Shown: positions 1-9,414 of the stretch, one piece after another | How positions within the stretch are numbered: the first letter of the stretch is position 1 | Layout of the letters: every line of letters begins with the position of its first letter | From: Thermoproteota archaeon | GTDB taxonomy: Archaea > Thermoproteota > EX4484-205 > JAAOZP01 | Assembly: GCA_049700215.1 (NCBI GenBank) | Contig: JBNAVT010000026.1 | Coordinates: 1 to 28,050 of the forward strand | Direction: 5' to 3' | DNA length: 28,050 bases | The notes under the pieces: model-generated | Seen by the model: the letters and a program-made list of their open reading frames with translations, nothing else | Databases searched by the model: none | What the model was told of the DNA's origin: nothing | Translations under genes and position numbers: made by a program

Positions 1-480
1 CCCTCTTATCTTCAAACCGGGGGAGTGGTTTCACCGATCTACAGCATTAATGGTGAAACATGGGGTGGGCACTTGACACTGGTTTCAAAAGGAATAGGAT
101 GGCACGGATGGGTTGAAGCATACGTTCCACCATGGGGCTGGCTCCCTGTAGACATAACCTACGGATACTATTCTAACCGCCGAGACCCGTTGTCATCAAT
201 AAAGTATTCAGCCTCAGCCCGCGAACCTATGCTTGAATCCGAGAAATACTCGTCCATAGATTTTGTGGCGGAATACTTAGAGACAGAGGAAAGGATCATG
301 GGCAGCAGTATCTTCATACGCATGGAGGAAGAGGTCTCTGAGACACCGTTTTCCGATGATGGTTCTCAAACGAGAGAGCGGCTTGAGGAAAGCATGATGC
401 TGCTGACGCTGTTCTCCATTCTAGTAGTAAGCATAGTTATGCTCTTTATTCTGCTGAGGCGAGCGGGCCCTAGGTTTTAA
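1..480 (+). CDS. Transglutaminase-like domain protein, C-terminal part (5' truncated), with C-terminal membrane anchor
   Basis: Frame is open from base 1. HGWVEAYVPPWGWLPVDIT matches the His/Asp part of the transglutaminase-like triad (HxWxE...GWxxxDxT). Hydrophobic helix LLTLFSILVVSIVMLFILL is followed by RR. Confidence 0.8.
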   Translation, partial: PSYLQTGGVVSPIYSINGETWGGHLTLVSKGIGWHGWVEAYVPPWGWLPVDITYGYYSNRRDPLSSIKYSASAREPMLESEKYSSIDFVAEYLETEERIMGSSIFIRMEEEVSETPFSDDGSQTRERLEESMMLLTLFSILVVSIVMLFILLRRAGPRF

Positions 481-589
481 ATGAATGAGGCTCCCAAAAA
501 GCTTTCCGAAAACCACATACATCCTTGACAAAAGAGTCCACAAATGGTGAGAAATAGGTTTAAATCACCCCTTCAAAGCACTATCCTCG

Positions 590-829
590 TTGCCGGGGAA
601 GAAGTCAGAATGGATAAGCATACTCTTGATAGCGTCAGCCCTATTTGGGGGAATGATGTTTTTCAAGGAAACAGTTTATGTTCTAACATTAACGATCTTC
701 CTGATAATGATCATGGTCGTATACGTTTTATTCAACTCTAGAAGGAAGGACTCTTTTAAGAAGGCTGGTGAAAAGCCTGAACAGGAGAATAAGGCTAGCC
801 CAGGCGAGGACATCGAGGAAAAAGAATAA
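590..829 (+). CDS. Small membrane protein (2 TM helices, charged tail)
   Basis: TTG start about 26 nt after TTTAAA, two hydrophobic segments and a K/E-rich tail. No family recognised. Confidence 0.55.
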   Translation: MPGKKSEWISILLIASALFGGMMFFKETVYVLTLTIFLIMIMVVYVLFNSRRKDSFKKAGEKPEQENKASPGEDIEEKE

Positions 830-1054
830 AGGGTCGAGCTTAACATCAACATACTTCGCAGCCTTTATGTCTATAATCTGGTTCAGGAAGGGGAGGGGAA
901 GACCGTTTCTAACATAGTGGTATGGTTCCGAAGGATCGTAGAGCCCGATTAACCCTGTTACGAGGGTTAAAGCAAGCGCTTTCAGAACCAGCACGCCTGC
1001 TTCTCGAATCCCTCCTCCACCCTTCTTCAAAGCGTTAAGGTTGAAAAACGCCAA
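728..1054 (-). CDS. Small membrane protein (2 TM helices, GLPLPF loop)
   Basis: Two hydrophobic segments flank a loop with GLPLPF and ...FFFLDVLAW. The start is uncertain and may lie further downstream. Overlaps the convergent ORF 590-829. Confidence 0.5.
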   Translation of the reverse strand: MAFFNLNALKKGGGGIREAGVLVLKALALTLVTGLIGLYDPSEPYHYVRNGLPLPFLNQIIDIKAAKYVDVKLDPLFFFLDVLAWASLILLFRLFTSLLKRVLPSRVE

Positions 1055-1093
1055 GCATATTAATCTTGCGAGAAGCGTAAGGGATCGTGGGAA

Positions 1094-1933
1094 ATGGTGT
1101 TTGAAGACGAGCCCAGGGGAATCGAAAGCCTAAGCCTGGATGAGACGGTGAGGCTCTGCGAAGAGGCTTGGGGAAAACTGAGCATGGAGCCCCCAGTCTT
1201 AAGGCTTAATTGTGAAAAACTCCTGGTCATCGGGGACCTGCATGGAGACATCGAGTCGTGCGTAAAAGCTCTACGCTTAGCGAGGCTAATCGGGGCTAAG
1301 GCTGTTTTCCTTGGAGACTATGTTGACAGAGGCCCGTATCAAGGCAGCGTCATAAACCTTCTCCTACGGGAGAAGAGCAGCCGCCCGGGTGAAATATTCC
1401 TTCTAAGGGGCAACCATGAAACACCCTCCATGAATTTTTCATACGGTTTCCTAGGTTTTCTCGCCAGAATGTTCGGAAAAGATTGCGAGAAGGTTTACCG
1501 AGCCTACTTGAAAGTTTTCTCAGAAATGCCTTTAGCAGGGATAGTTAACAACAGGATAATTCTGGTGCACGGGGGACTGGCCAAGGGGCTTGAGAGAATC
1601 GAGGAGCTTGAGGAATCTGGTAAAGGAGGGGTTGAGCCGGAGGATCCCAAAGTTTTCGAAACACTCTGGAACGACCCTTCTGAAGAAATCGAGGACTTCT
1701 CGCCCAACCCGAGGGGGCCTGGAGTAAAATGCTTCGGAAGGAGGGCTCTTGAAAGATTCCTGGGAAACAATGGTCTCAGCATGATGGTGAGGAGCCATGA
1801 GCCTGCTCCAAAAGGCTACCGTATACTTTTCAACGGACTCTTAATAAGCATCTTCTCCTGCAGGTTCTACGGGGTGGAGCCTGCAGCAGTAGAATTGGAG
1901 GGAGGGAAATACTTTTTAAAAAGCTTAAAATAG
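1094..1933 (+). CDS. PPP-family Ser/Thr protein phosphatase (archaeal PP1-like)
   Basis: Motifs GDLHG, GDYVDRG, RGNHE, HGG, LWNDP, RG and RSHE, plus SIFSCRFY resembling the SAPNY loop. Confidence 0.92.
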   Translation: MVFEDEPRGIESLSLDETVRLCEEAWGKLSMEPPVLRLNCEKLLVIGDLHGDIESCVKALRLARLIGAKAVFLGDYVDRGPYQGSVINLLLREKSSRPGEIFLLRGNHETPSMNFSYGFLGFLARMFGKDCEKVYRAYLKVFSEMPLAGIVNNRIILVHGGLAKGLERIEELEESGKGGVEPEDPKVFETLWNDPSEEIEDFSPNPRGPGVKCFGRRALERFLGNNGLSMMVRSHEPAPKGYRILFNGLLISIFSCRFYGVEPAAVELEGGKYFLKSLK

Positions 1934-2051
1934 TAGGCTCGATGGGAACTATTGCAAACAGTTTTCAACCGTGGCTAAGCATGTTCATAGGCTTCTCCGT
2001 TGAGAAGAATCGAGTTAAGCTTATAAGCATGTGTTGAAGCAACATGCCGAG

Positions 2052-2387
2052 ATGAGCTCTGAAATAAGCATGGATGATTTCAAGAAGGTTAAGATGGTTG
2101 TTGGAACAATAGTGTCCGCCGAGAAGGTTAAGGGTTCTGAAAAGCTTCTTAAGCTTCAGGTTAATCTTGGAGGGAACGTTGTGAAACAGTCGGTAGCGGG
2201 ACTAGGAGCATTTTACACCCCTGAACAACTCGTTGGTAAACAATACGTTTTTGTGACTAACCTTAAGCCGGCTATTTTAATGAGCCAAGTATCGGAAGTA
2301 ATGGTTCTCGCTGCGGTCGAGGGCAAGAACAGGGTGGCACTCATATGTCCCGACGGCAGGATTTCAGACGGCTCCCCGGTAACTTAG
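2052..2387 (+). CDS. Stand-alone tRNA-binding OB-fold protein (Trbp111/CsaA/MetRS C-terminal-like)
   Basis: DDFKKV..VGTIVSAEKV.GSEKLLKLQVNLG, VAGL, TNLKPA, SEVMVLAA. ATG at 2052 was chosen because TTATAA lies at 2021-2026. Confidence 0.88.
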   Translation: MSSEISMDDFKKVKMVVGTIVSAEKVKGSEKLLKLQVNLGGNVVKQSVAGLGAFYTPEQLVGKQYVFVTNLKPAILMSQVSEVMVLAAVEGKNRVALICPDGRISDGSPVT

Positions 2388-2388
2388 A

Positions 2389-3444
2389 CTAGGCTTTCAA
2401 TACTCGGTAGCCAGCTGCTTTCCTAAGCCTGTTCTGTATAGCCATGCCGATACCCTGTTCGGGAAAGCCCTCGGCCACGATTATATCCGGGTTTGTTCTG
2501 TCGAGACGCCTAAGCGCCGAGTAGAGTCTTCTTGCCACAAGGTCGAGCCTAGCCCTTGGGGCAAGAACTTCCAGCATGACTCGCTTAGGCAGTCTTCTGG
2601 CCGTCTCCTCTGAAACCAGGCACCCAACCCTCAAACCAGACTTCAAGTATTCCTGAACCGTCTCAACTATCCTAGTAGTCTTCCTCTCATAATCATCCCC
2701 CTCCACGACGATCATGTCCGCCCTAGGAGCGTAATGCCTGTACTTCATGCCGGGGGAGGCCGGAACCCCTTCGAAGCCGCCTGAAAGTATTGACGGATGA
2801 ACCTCGACTTCACCTAAGTACTTCCTAAGTATTTCGAGAGGGATCGGGCCAGGCCTAAGTATGACAGACCTGTTCTCAGAAACCTGGATAACCGTCGACT
2901 CAACCCCTATGAATGTTTCACCAGCGTCAATTATCATGTCTATTGAGCCGTTCAAATCCTCGTACACGTCTCTAGCGTTAGTTGGGCTTGGCCTGCCTGA
3001 AAGATTAGCGCTGGGGGCAGCTATCGGGGAGCCTAGGTGGTTGATCAACCCTAACGCAACATTGTGAGCAGGCATTCTTACAGCAACCGTTTCAAGACCC
3101 GCCGACACGGCGGGAGGAACCTTCCGAGACCTTGGAACAACTATGGTCAACGGGCCGGGCCAGAGCTCCCTAACCAGTTTCTCAGCTTTCTGAGGAATAC
3201 TGTTTGAAACCTCGTCAAGCATCCTCATGCTGGAGATATGAACTATAACAGGATTGTCCGGGGGTCTTTTCTTGGCAGCAAATATTTTCAGAACAGCATC
3301 CTCGTTGAAAGCGTCAGCCCCAAGGCCGTATACTGTCTCCGTGGGAAAAGCTACGAGCCCGCCTGACTTTAGGACCGCCGCCGCCTCCTGAAGCACCCTC
3401 TCAGAGGGACGATGCTTATCCGTCTTAAGAACCCTTGTCAGCAA
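2389..3444 (-). CDS. sua5: Threonylcarbamoyl-AMP synthase Sua5 (YrdC + SUA5 domains; t6A37)
   Basis: VAFPTETVYGLGA, KKRPPDNP, APSANLSG, GVEST, SPGMKYRHYAP linker and C-terminal NRLRKAA. Confidence 0.96.
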   Translation of the reverse strand: MLTRVLKTDKHRPSERVLQEAAAVLKSGGLVAFPTETVYGLGADAFNEDAVLKIFAAKKRPPDNPVIVHISSMRMLDEVSNSIPQKAEKLVRELWPGPLTIVVPRSRKVPPAVSAGLETVAVRMPAHNVALGLINHLGSPIAAPSANLSGRPSPTNARDVYEDLNGSIDMIIDAGETFIGVESTVIQVSENRSVILRPGPIPLEILRKYLGEVEVHPSILSGGFEGVPASPGMKYRHYAPRADMIVVEGDDYERKTTRIVETVQEYLKSGLRVGCLVSEETARRLPKRVMLEVLAPRARLDLVARRLYSALRRLDRTNPDIIVAEGFPEQGIGMAIQNRLRKAAGYRVLKA

Positions 3445-3563
3445 CCAGCACTATATGTACAGGCAGGCGGGTTAATAACGTTTTTCGCTAAACTTTGCCT
3501 TAATAGAGCGCTTACGAGGAACAGGAAGGAATAAGAGCATGGTAAACAGATATTGAGCTGTAA

Positions 3564-4112
3564 ATGCGCGTCGAGATTGTCAGCCTCACGGATGAGAACC
3601 TCGTTGAAGCCCCAGAATGGGGGGAGCATCCTTTCAGCTGCAAGTACTGTCTATACTGGGAGCTTCCGGAAGAGTGTTTAGACCCTTCCAGGGAAAGCAG
3701 GGAAGACATGCTGGCTAGGAAGCTCAACTGGCTGAGAAGAGTGAGAAAAGCGTTTGGCGACTGTGGAAAGATAGTTTATGTAGACGGGAAGCCCGTGGGC
3801 TACGCGCAATATGCTCCCCCAAGGATGCTTTCGCTTTCAGCCGAGTACTCGTCTGGACCGCCCAGCGGGGATGCAATGTTGATCTCATGCCTTTTCATCG
3901 CTCAGAAGGAATACAGGGGGCGTGGGCTCGGAAAACAGCTTTTGCAAAGCATAATTGAAGATTTGAGGAAGAGAGGGGTCAAGGCTGTTGAAACCTTCGC
4001 TAGAAGGAGCAATCCTAACAACCCGTCTGGGCCGGTGGAGTTTTACCTGAAGAACGGGTTTAAGATTCACAGGGATGACTCGGAGTACCCATTGATGAGG
4101 TTCGAACTATAG
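3564..4112 (+). CDS. GNAT-family N-acetyltransferase (YoaP-like, N-terminal CxYC)
   Basis: Acetyl-CoA motif YRGRGLG, ISCLFI strand, FYLKNGF and N-terminal CKYCLYWE. Confidence 0.85.
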   Translation: MRVEIVSLTDENLVEAPEWGEHPFSCKYCLYWELPEECLDPSRESREDMLARKLNWLRRVRKAFGDCGKIVYVDGKPVGYAQYAPPRMLSLSAEYSSGPPSGDAMLISCLFIAQKEYRGRGLGKQLLQSIIEDLRKRGVKAVETFARRSNPNNPSGPVEFYLKNGFKIHRDDSEYPLMRFEL

Positions 4113-4276
4113 TGTGAAAAAGAGTTTCCCCGGGGACGCCAATACCTGTTTTAACTCCAGCCCCGCTTAAGTATGTGGAAAACGTTTTCAGAGCAAGCAG
4201 GGTTTTTAGCGTTGGTTTAAAAGGTTTTAGGTTTAAATGCAGCCTTTAAGCCAACAACGTAGCCGGCGTAAACCGA

Positions 4277-4483
4277 ATGAGGGTGAGAGTGTTCATACAG
4301 AGGCTTCGCGAAACCAGGATCATAGACCTAGAGGATGACAGCAGGATTGAAGACCTCCTTAAGATGCTGAAGATAAGCGCTTCCGAAGTGGTTCCGGTTA
4401 GGAACGGGGTTATAGTCACCGAGAAGGAGCTTCTAAGAGAAGGGGACGAGGTTAGGCTCCTAAGTGTTGTCTCAGGCGGTTGA
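4277..4483 (+). CDS. Ubiquitin-like sulfur carrier (MoaD/ThiS/SAMP2/TtuB-type)
   Basis: 68-aa beta-grasp pattern (RNG..V, L.EGDEV.LL.VVSGG) ending in GG. Lies 3 nt upstream of the TtuA-family gene. Confidence 0.92.
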   Translation: MRVRVFIQRLRETRIIDLEDDSRIEDLLKMLKISASEVVPVRNGVIVTEKELLREGDEVRLLSVVSGG

Positions 4484-4486
4484 AGC

Positions 4487-5422
4487 ATGGTCTGTGAAGA
4501 CTGTGAGAAAAAGGCTGTCTACATTTCTTTAAGCGGGAGAGGCCTCTGCAGCAAGCATTTTAAAAAGTATTTCGAGACGAAAGTAATGCGGACAATTAAG
4601 AAGCATGGCTTAATCAAATACGGGGAGAGAGTCCTCGTAGCCTGCTCAGGAGGCAAGGACAGCACAGCCCTGTTAAGCTTCCTCTGGAGGCTTATGAGGA
4701 ATAGGCGTGAAAACATTGCGGCAATAGCTGTCGACGAGGGCATAAGCGGCTACAGGGATGTGAAGCTCAAAGGTCTGGTTGAATTCTGCGGGGAGAACAA
4801 TATACCTCTGCATACGTACTCGTTTAAGGAGCAGTATGGCTTCACACTAGACGAGGCTGTAAAAATATCTAGGGAGAACAGGCTTAAAATAAAGCCGTGT
4901 TACATTTGCGGAGTCCTGAGAAGGAGCCTGATAAACACTCATGCGAGGAGACTCGGCTTCTCTAAGGTTGCTACAGGCCACAATCTGGATGACGAGGCTC
5001 AGACAATCCTCATGAACTATCTTAGGGGTAACCCGTCGCTCCTAGCTAGGCTCGGCCCCAAGACGGGTGTTGTTGAAGACGAGGGTTTCGTCCAGAGGGT
5101 TAAGCCGTTCTACTTCTGCACGGAGAAGGAGGATACTATTTACGCGATCCTAACTGGTGTTGAAGTAGACTTCGTGGAATGCCCCTATCATGTTGAGAAC
5201 TACAGGCTTGAGATAAGGGATTTCCTGAACAGGCTTGACTCAATCGTGCCCGGGGTTAAGCAGGGCCTAGTGAACAATTTCCTCAAGATGCTTCCACTTT
5301 TAAAGAGGGAGTACTCGTCCCGCAGCCTGGGGCGCTGCAGGGTTTGCGGAAACCCTTCGGCGCGAGAAGTCTGCAGAGCATGCATGATAATGGAGAAATT
5401 AAAGCCATTTCTCGGGGGTTAG
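4487..5422 (+). CDS. ttuA: tRNA 2-thiolation enzyme, TtuA/NcsA/Ctu1 family
   Basis: N-terminal Zn finger CEDC...CSKHF, PP-loop SGGKDS, Fe-S motif CYICGVLRR, TGHNLDD, CPY and C-terminal CRVC...CRAC. Confidence 0.92.
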   Translation: MVCEDCEKKAVYISLSGRGLCSKHFKKYFETKVMRTIKKHGLIKYGERVLVACSGGKDSTALLSFLWRLMRNRRENIAAIAVDEGISGYRDVKLKGLVEFCGENNIPLHTYSFKEQYGFTLDEAVKISRENRLKIKPCYICGVLRRSLINTHARRLGFSKVATGHNLDDEAQTILMNYLRGNPSLLARLGPKTGVVEDEGFVQRVKPFYFCTEKEDTIYAILTGVEVDFVECPYHVENYRLEIRDFLNRLDSIVPGVKQGLVNNFLKMLPLLKREYSSRSLGRCRVCGNPSAREVCRACMIMEKLKPFLGG

Positions 5423-5426
5423 AAGC

Positions 5427-5705
5427 GTGAACCCTGAGGTAAACAGGTCGCTGTTCATCCTCCCGGAGACCAGGCTTAGGCTTGCATATCTGCTTAGGAG
5501 AAACGGTTTCCGCGTGAGGATGCACGGGTACGAGTACCTGGTTTCCTACGGCAACAAGTTTCTATGCTTAATACTCCTCCAACCCTTTGAAGCCACTGTT
5601 TTAATCAGAGTGTTCAAATGGATAGAAGGATCCAGCATGCTGGTTGAGAAAATAGCTGGACTGGTTAAGACCCTGGACAAGAAGTCTAGAGTAATTACCT
5701 ACTAG
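5427..5705 (+). CDS. Hypothetical protein, small alpha/beta, co-transcribed with the sulfur carrier and ttuA
   Basis: GTG start 4 nt after the ttuA stop, fills the gap, globular composition. Confidence 0.65.
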   Translation: MNPEVNRSLFILPETRLRLAYLLRRNGFRVRMHGYEYLVSYGNKFLCLILLQPFEATVLIRVFKWIEGSSMLVEKIAGLVKTLDKKSRVITY

Positions 5706-5748
5706 GCCGGCAACCTTTTTAAAACCCTGCTCGGGCTCTAAGCCCCGT

Positions 5749-7182
5749 ATGCGAAGCTTGGAGAAGCCGATGCTTCTGGACACCACGTTGAGAGAGGGTC
5801 TTCAGACTCCCGGAGTATATTTCACGCTTGAGGAGAGGGTTACGATAATGAGGGAGCTCGACAAGTCTGGTATAGAGCTTATTGAAATAGGATCCCCCTA
5901 TACTGGCGATGGGGAGAGGAGAATCGTGTCTGAGCTGAGCAGGGTGGAGACGAGAGCGCTTAAAGCAGCCCACTGCAGGGCTTTAGAGGCAGACGTGGAT
6001 ACTGTTCCAGACGGTGTTGACTGGGTAGCCCTATACCTTTCCCCTGCCGACAGGCATCTGGAAGCAAAGTTTGAAAAGATAGTTGACAAGAGAGGGTTTG
6101 TCCTCTTACAGGTTCCTAAGGCTATTAGGTATGCGAAGAACAGAGGTTTCAGGGTAAGGTATACTGCTGAAGACGCTTTCAGAGCAGACCCCGGCTTCCT
6201 GAAACAGGTTGTTGAGAAGGCTGTTGAAGCAGGTGCCGACTCTATCAGTCTACCCGATACTTCAGGGGGAGCCTCGCCAACGGACGTTAGAAGGATATAT
6301 GGCGAGATAAGCAGGCTTATAAAGGAGAAAAACCACTCCAGCCTGATAGAGGCGCATTTTCACAACGACATGGGTATGGCTCTCGCAAACACTATAGAGG
6401 CGTGGATGAGTGGCGCAAAGATACTTCACGGTTCAATGAACTGGCTTGGAGAGAGAGCAGGGATACCGGATACGCTTATTCTAGCAACATGGATGAAAGT
6501 CAGGTTTGGATACGAGTATGACTTGGCTAGCCTGATTAGGCTTGCAGAATACGTGGAGAAGGTTTCAGGGATCAACATACCCCTGAACAATCCTGTTTCT
6601 GGAAGAAACGTTTTCACTCATACTGCTGGCACTCACCAGAAGGCTGCTTTCAGAGACCCATTAACATACCAGCCCTTCGACGCGAGCATCGTGGGCAGGG
6701 AAAGCAGCTTCGCCCTTGGACCCATGGTTGGAAGCGAGGGCGTTAAAGCAGCGTTGAAGAAGAAGGGTGTTGAAATCGATAAGCTTGAGGAGAGCGTGTT
6801 CGAAGAGATAAGGGACAGGGTTAAGTCAGCATATCTTCTGCACGGCAGGGGTGCTTCAGCCATGGAGAACATAATCATAGCTGAGGTGTTGAACAGAACC
6901 GGAGTAGCGAGGATAACGCTTCCAGAGAGCATTTCAGCGCAAATACTCATCGATGTTGAAAGCATGGGGGATAAGGATTTCGAGGATTTCTGCAGGGAGC
7001 TGCTTGCGAGAGAAAGGGGAGTTAAGGAGATAATTGAACTATGGGGCTCATCCTTCGACTACATGGCTATGGTTGACAGGGTTTCCAGCCTTAAGGAACT
7101 GGATAATATTGTTAACAGTTTTAGAAGGGCTAAGGGGGTTTTGAAAACAGAAACCCTGATAACGGGTAAAAAGATAAGATGA
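5749..7182 (+). CDS. Homocitrate-synthase-like DRE-TIM metallolyase (LeuA family) with C-terminal RAM (Lrp/AsnC ligand-binding) domain
   Basis: LLDTTLREGLQTPG, HCR, AEDAFR, LPDT, HFHNDMGMA.AN, GERAG and HTAGTH. The last ~85 aa (AQILIDV..GVKEIIELWGSSFDYMAMV..LKELDNIV..GVLKTET) follow the AsnC/RAM pattern. Confidence 0.82.
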   Translation: MRSLEKPMLLDTTLREGLQTPGVYFTLEERVTIMRELDKSGIELIEIGSPYTGDGERRIVSELSRVETRALKAAHCRALEADVDTVPDGVDWVALYLSPADRHLEAKFEKIVDKRGFVLLQVPKAIRYAKNRGFRVRYTAEDAFRADPGFLKQVVEKAVEAGADSISLPDTSGGASPTDVRRIYGEISRLIKEKNHSSLIEAHFHNDMGMALANTIEAWMSGAKILHGSMNWLGERAGIPDTLILATWMKVRFGYEYDLASLIRLAEYVEKVSGINIPLNNPVSGRNVFTHTAGTHQKAAFRDPLTYQPFDASIVGRESSFALGPMVGSEGVKAALKKKGVEIDKLEESVFEEIRDRVKSAYLLHGRGASAMENIIIAEVLNRTGVARITLPESISAQILIDVESMGDKDFEDFCRELLARERGVKEIIELWGSSFDYMAMVDRVSSLKELDNIVNSFRRAKGVLKTETLITGKKIR

Positions 7183-7615
7183 TGCCTCGAATCGAATCGT
7201 CGACACTACTCTAAAAACCTTCAAGCAAGTATCTCTACAAGTGTCTGGTTCACACGCCTTTAGAAAAATGCTCCTTCAGAAGCCTTAAGCTAGCTTGCTA
7301 AGAGGAAGTATATGGAGCGGCTTGGCTTTCCGTTGAATCCGTAAGCGTCAGGCACGCGGTGAAGCATACTGGCCGGTTTTCAAAACACGCTTAATATGGC
7401 TTCCAACGGTTGAGAACGCGAGTCCCCTGGAGCGGAGTGAGCAGAGGCTTAGAGGAGGAGGCTTCTGTCCAGCCATCCTCTTTACGGCGCGGAGAAAAAG
7501 GGGTTGGAGAAATTTAAGGAGGGCCTAGGTTTTCTGAACGCATTTCTCCTGATTCCCGTTCCCGAGGCACGTATTACGAAAAAGGTTAAATCAGACGCTC
7601 AACAGTCTTCTCAAC

Positions 7616-8110
7616 ATGCTCATCGGCCTGGTGAGCGATACGCACGACCATCTGAAAATGATCGAGAAGGCAGTGGCCTTCTTCAACAGTAAGAATGTGA
7701 GCATGGTGCTTCACGCTGGAGACGTTATAAGCCCGTTCACCGCTAGAAGGTTTAAGGAGTGCAGGTCACGGCTCATACTCGTATACGGGAATAACGATGG
7801 AGACAGGAGTAATCTTCAAAGAGTCTTCTCCGAGATAGGTGCCCAGTTCTACTGGCCTGCTGCAATACTGGAGCTTGACGGCAGAAAGACTCTTGTTCTC
7901 CACGGCGAGGACCTTAAGCTCGTTGAAGAAATCGCCGCTAAAAACATGTTTGACCTAATAGTCTCCGGGCACACTCACGAGCCGATTGTAAGGGAAATCG
8001 GTGGAACACTCTGGGTTAACCCTGGCGAGGCATGCGGATACTTAACTGGAAAACCCACGGTTGCTCTCTACGATTCCTCGAGTCATAGAGCTGAGATAGT
8101 TGAGGTTTAA
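7616..8110 (+). CDS. Metallophosphoesterase, YfcE/MJ0936/Vps29 family
   Basis: SDTHD, HAGD, GNND, HG, SGHTH and NPG motifs. Confidence 0.92.
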   Translation: MLIGLVSDTHDHLKMIEKAVAFFNSKNVSMVLHAGDVISPFTARRFKECRSRLILVYGNNDGDRSNLQRVFSEIGAQFYWPAAILELDGRKTLVLHGEDLKLVEEIAAKNMFDLIVSGHTHEPIVREIGGTLWVNPGEACGYLTGKPTVALYDSSSHRAEIVEV

Positions 8111-8154
8111 TCAGGCAAAATTTTATATAAAACACGTTGGAGTGAGGCTGGGAG

Positions 8155-9414
8155 TTGGGCGAGACAATAGTTCAGAAGATGTTTAGAAGCAGGCTTGGTA
8201 GAACCGTTAAACCGGGGGAAATAGTAGTCGTAGACATAGACCTGGCGTATGCTCACGACGGAACCGGGCCTCTTGCGATAGACGCTTTCCACGAGCTCGG
8301 CTCAAGAAGGGTTCATGACCCCTCCAAGATAAGATTCGTCGTAGACCATGCTTCCCCCAGCCCGAATGAGGGAGCATCTAATCTCCAGATTAAGCTTAGA
8401 AGGTTCGCGGGAGAAAACGGGGTTAAAGTGTACGAGGTTGGAGAAGGCATATGCCACCAAGTTATCCCGGAGAATGAAAACCTTAAACCCGGCATGATGA
8501 TAGTTGGAGCAGACTCTCACACGGTTACTCTCGGAGCATTCAGCCTGTTTGCAACAGGAATAGGCTCAACCGACTTCGCGGAAGTGATGACATCCGGGAG
8601 ACTCTGGTTCAAGGTGCCGGAGGCAGCGAGGATCTCCCTGAGCGGCGTCTTCAAGCCGGGAGTAATGTCTAAAGATCTAATCCTAAGGATAATAGGGGAT
8701 GTTGGTGCTGACGGTATGACCTATATGAGTGCAGAGTTCCAGGGTGACGGTGTGAAAACACTGTCAATGGCTAGCAGGATGACAGTGTGCAACATGGTTG
8801 TCGAGATGGGAGCTAAGAACGGCATCTTCCCGCTAGACGAGGCTACGATGAAACACGTTGAAGCTGGTTGTTTAAAGGATGAGAGTATTTTCAAGCCCGA
8901 CGAGAACGCTGAGTACGTTATGAGCCTGAGCTACAGGCTTGACGAGCTTGAACCCGTGGTGGCGGCTCCCCATAATGTTGACAACGTTAAGCCTGTTAAG
9001 GAGCTTGAGGGACTGCAGGTTGATCAGGTTTTCATAGGGTCCTGCACAAACGGTAGGGAGGAGGACTTCGAGGTGGCTGCGAAAATACTTTCAAAGAAAG
9101 GTGTTAAGAAGGGTGTTAGATGCATAGCCATACCGGCTTCGAGAAGAGTATTCCTGAACCTCCTCAGGAACGGGGTTATAGACAAGCTTGTTTCATCAGG
9201 ATGCACAGTGACCCACAGCACATGCGGCCCCTGCCTGGGAGTACACTTCGGAATACTCGGGTCTGGGGAGGTAGCGGTCTCAACGTCTAACAGGAATTTC
9301 AAGGGTAGGATGGGAAACCCTGAGTCAAGCATATACTTAGCCAGCCCGGCAACCGCAGCAGCCTCAGCTGCTGAAGGAGTTATAACCGACCCGAGGAAGC
9401 TAATAGGAGAATGA
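8155..9414 (+). CDS. hacA: Homoaconitase/isopropylmalate isomerase family, large subunit (HacA/LysT/LeuC type 2)
   Basis: HDGTG, DH, GICHQ, GADSHT, IGSCTNGR, CGPCLG, TSNRNFKGRMG and ASPATAAA. Confidence 0.9.
   Translation: MGETIVQKMFRSRLGRTVKPGEIVVVDIDLAYAHDGTGPLAIDAFHELGSRRVHDPSKIRFVVDHASPSPNEGASNLQIKLRRFAGENGVKVYEVGEGICHQVIPENENLKPGMMIVGADSHTVTLGAFSLFATGIGSTDFAEVMTSGRLWFKVPEAARISLSGVFKPGVMSKDLILRIIGDVGADGMTYMSAEFQGDGVKTLSMASRMTVCNMVVEMGAKNGIFPLDEATMKHVEAGCLKDESIFKPDENAEYVMSLSYRLDELEPVVAAPHNVDNVKPVKELEGLQVDQVFIGSCTNGREEDFEVAAKILSKKGVKKGVRCIAIPASRRVFLNLLRNGVIDKLVSSGCTVTHSTCGPCLGVHFGILGSGEVAVSTSNRNFKGRMGNPESSIYLASPATAAASAAEGVITDPRKLIGE

Noticed and set aside
3456-3461. TGTACA upstream of sua5 as a TRP box
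   Set aside because: An isolated 6-mer is expected several times by chance in 28 kb, and there is no partner box or functional link.
7504-7692. 62-aa ORF upstream of the metallophosphoesterase
   Set aside because: Overlaps the real gene out of frame and has no family features.
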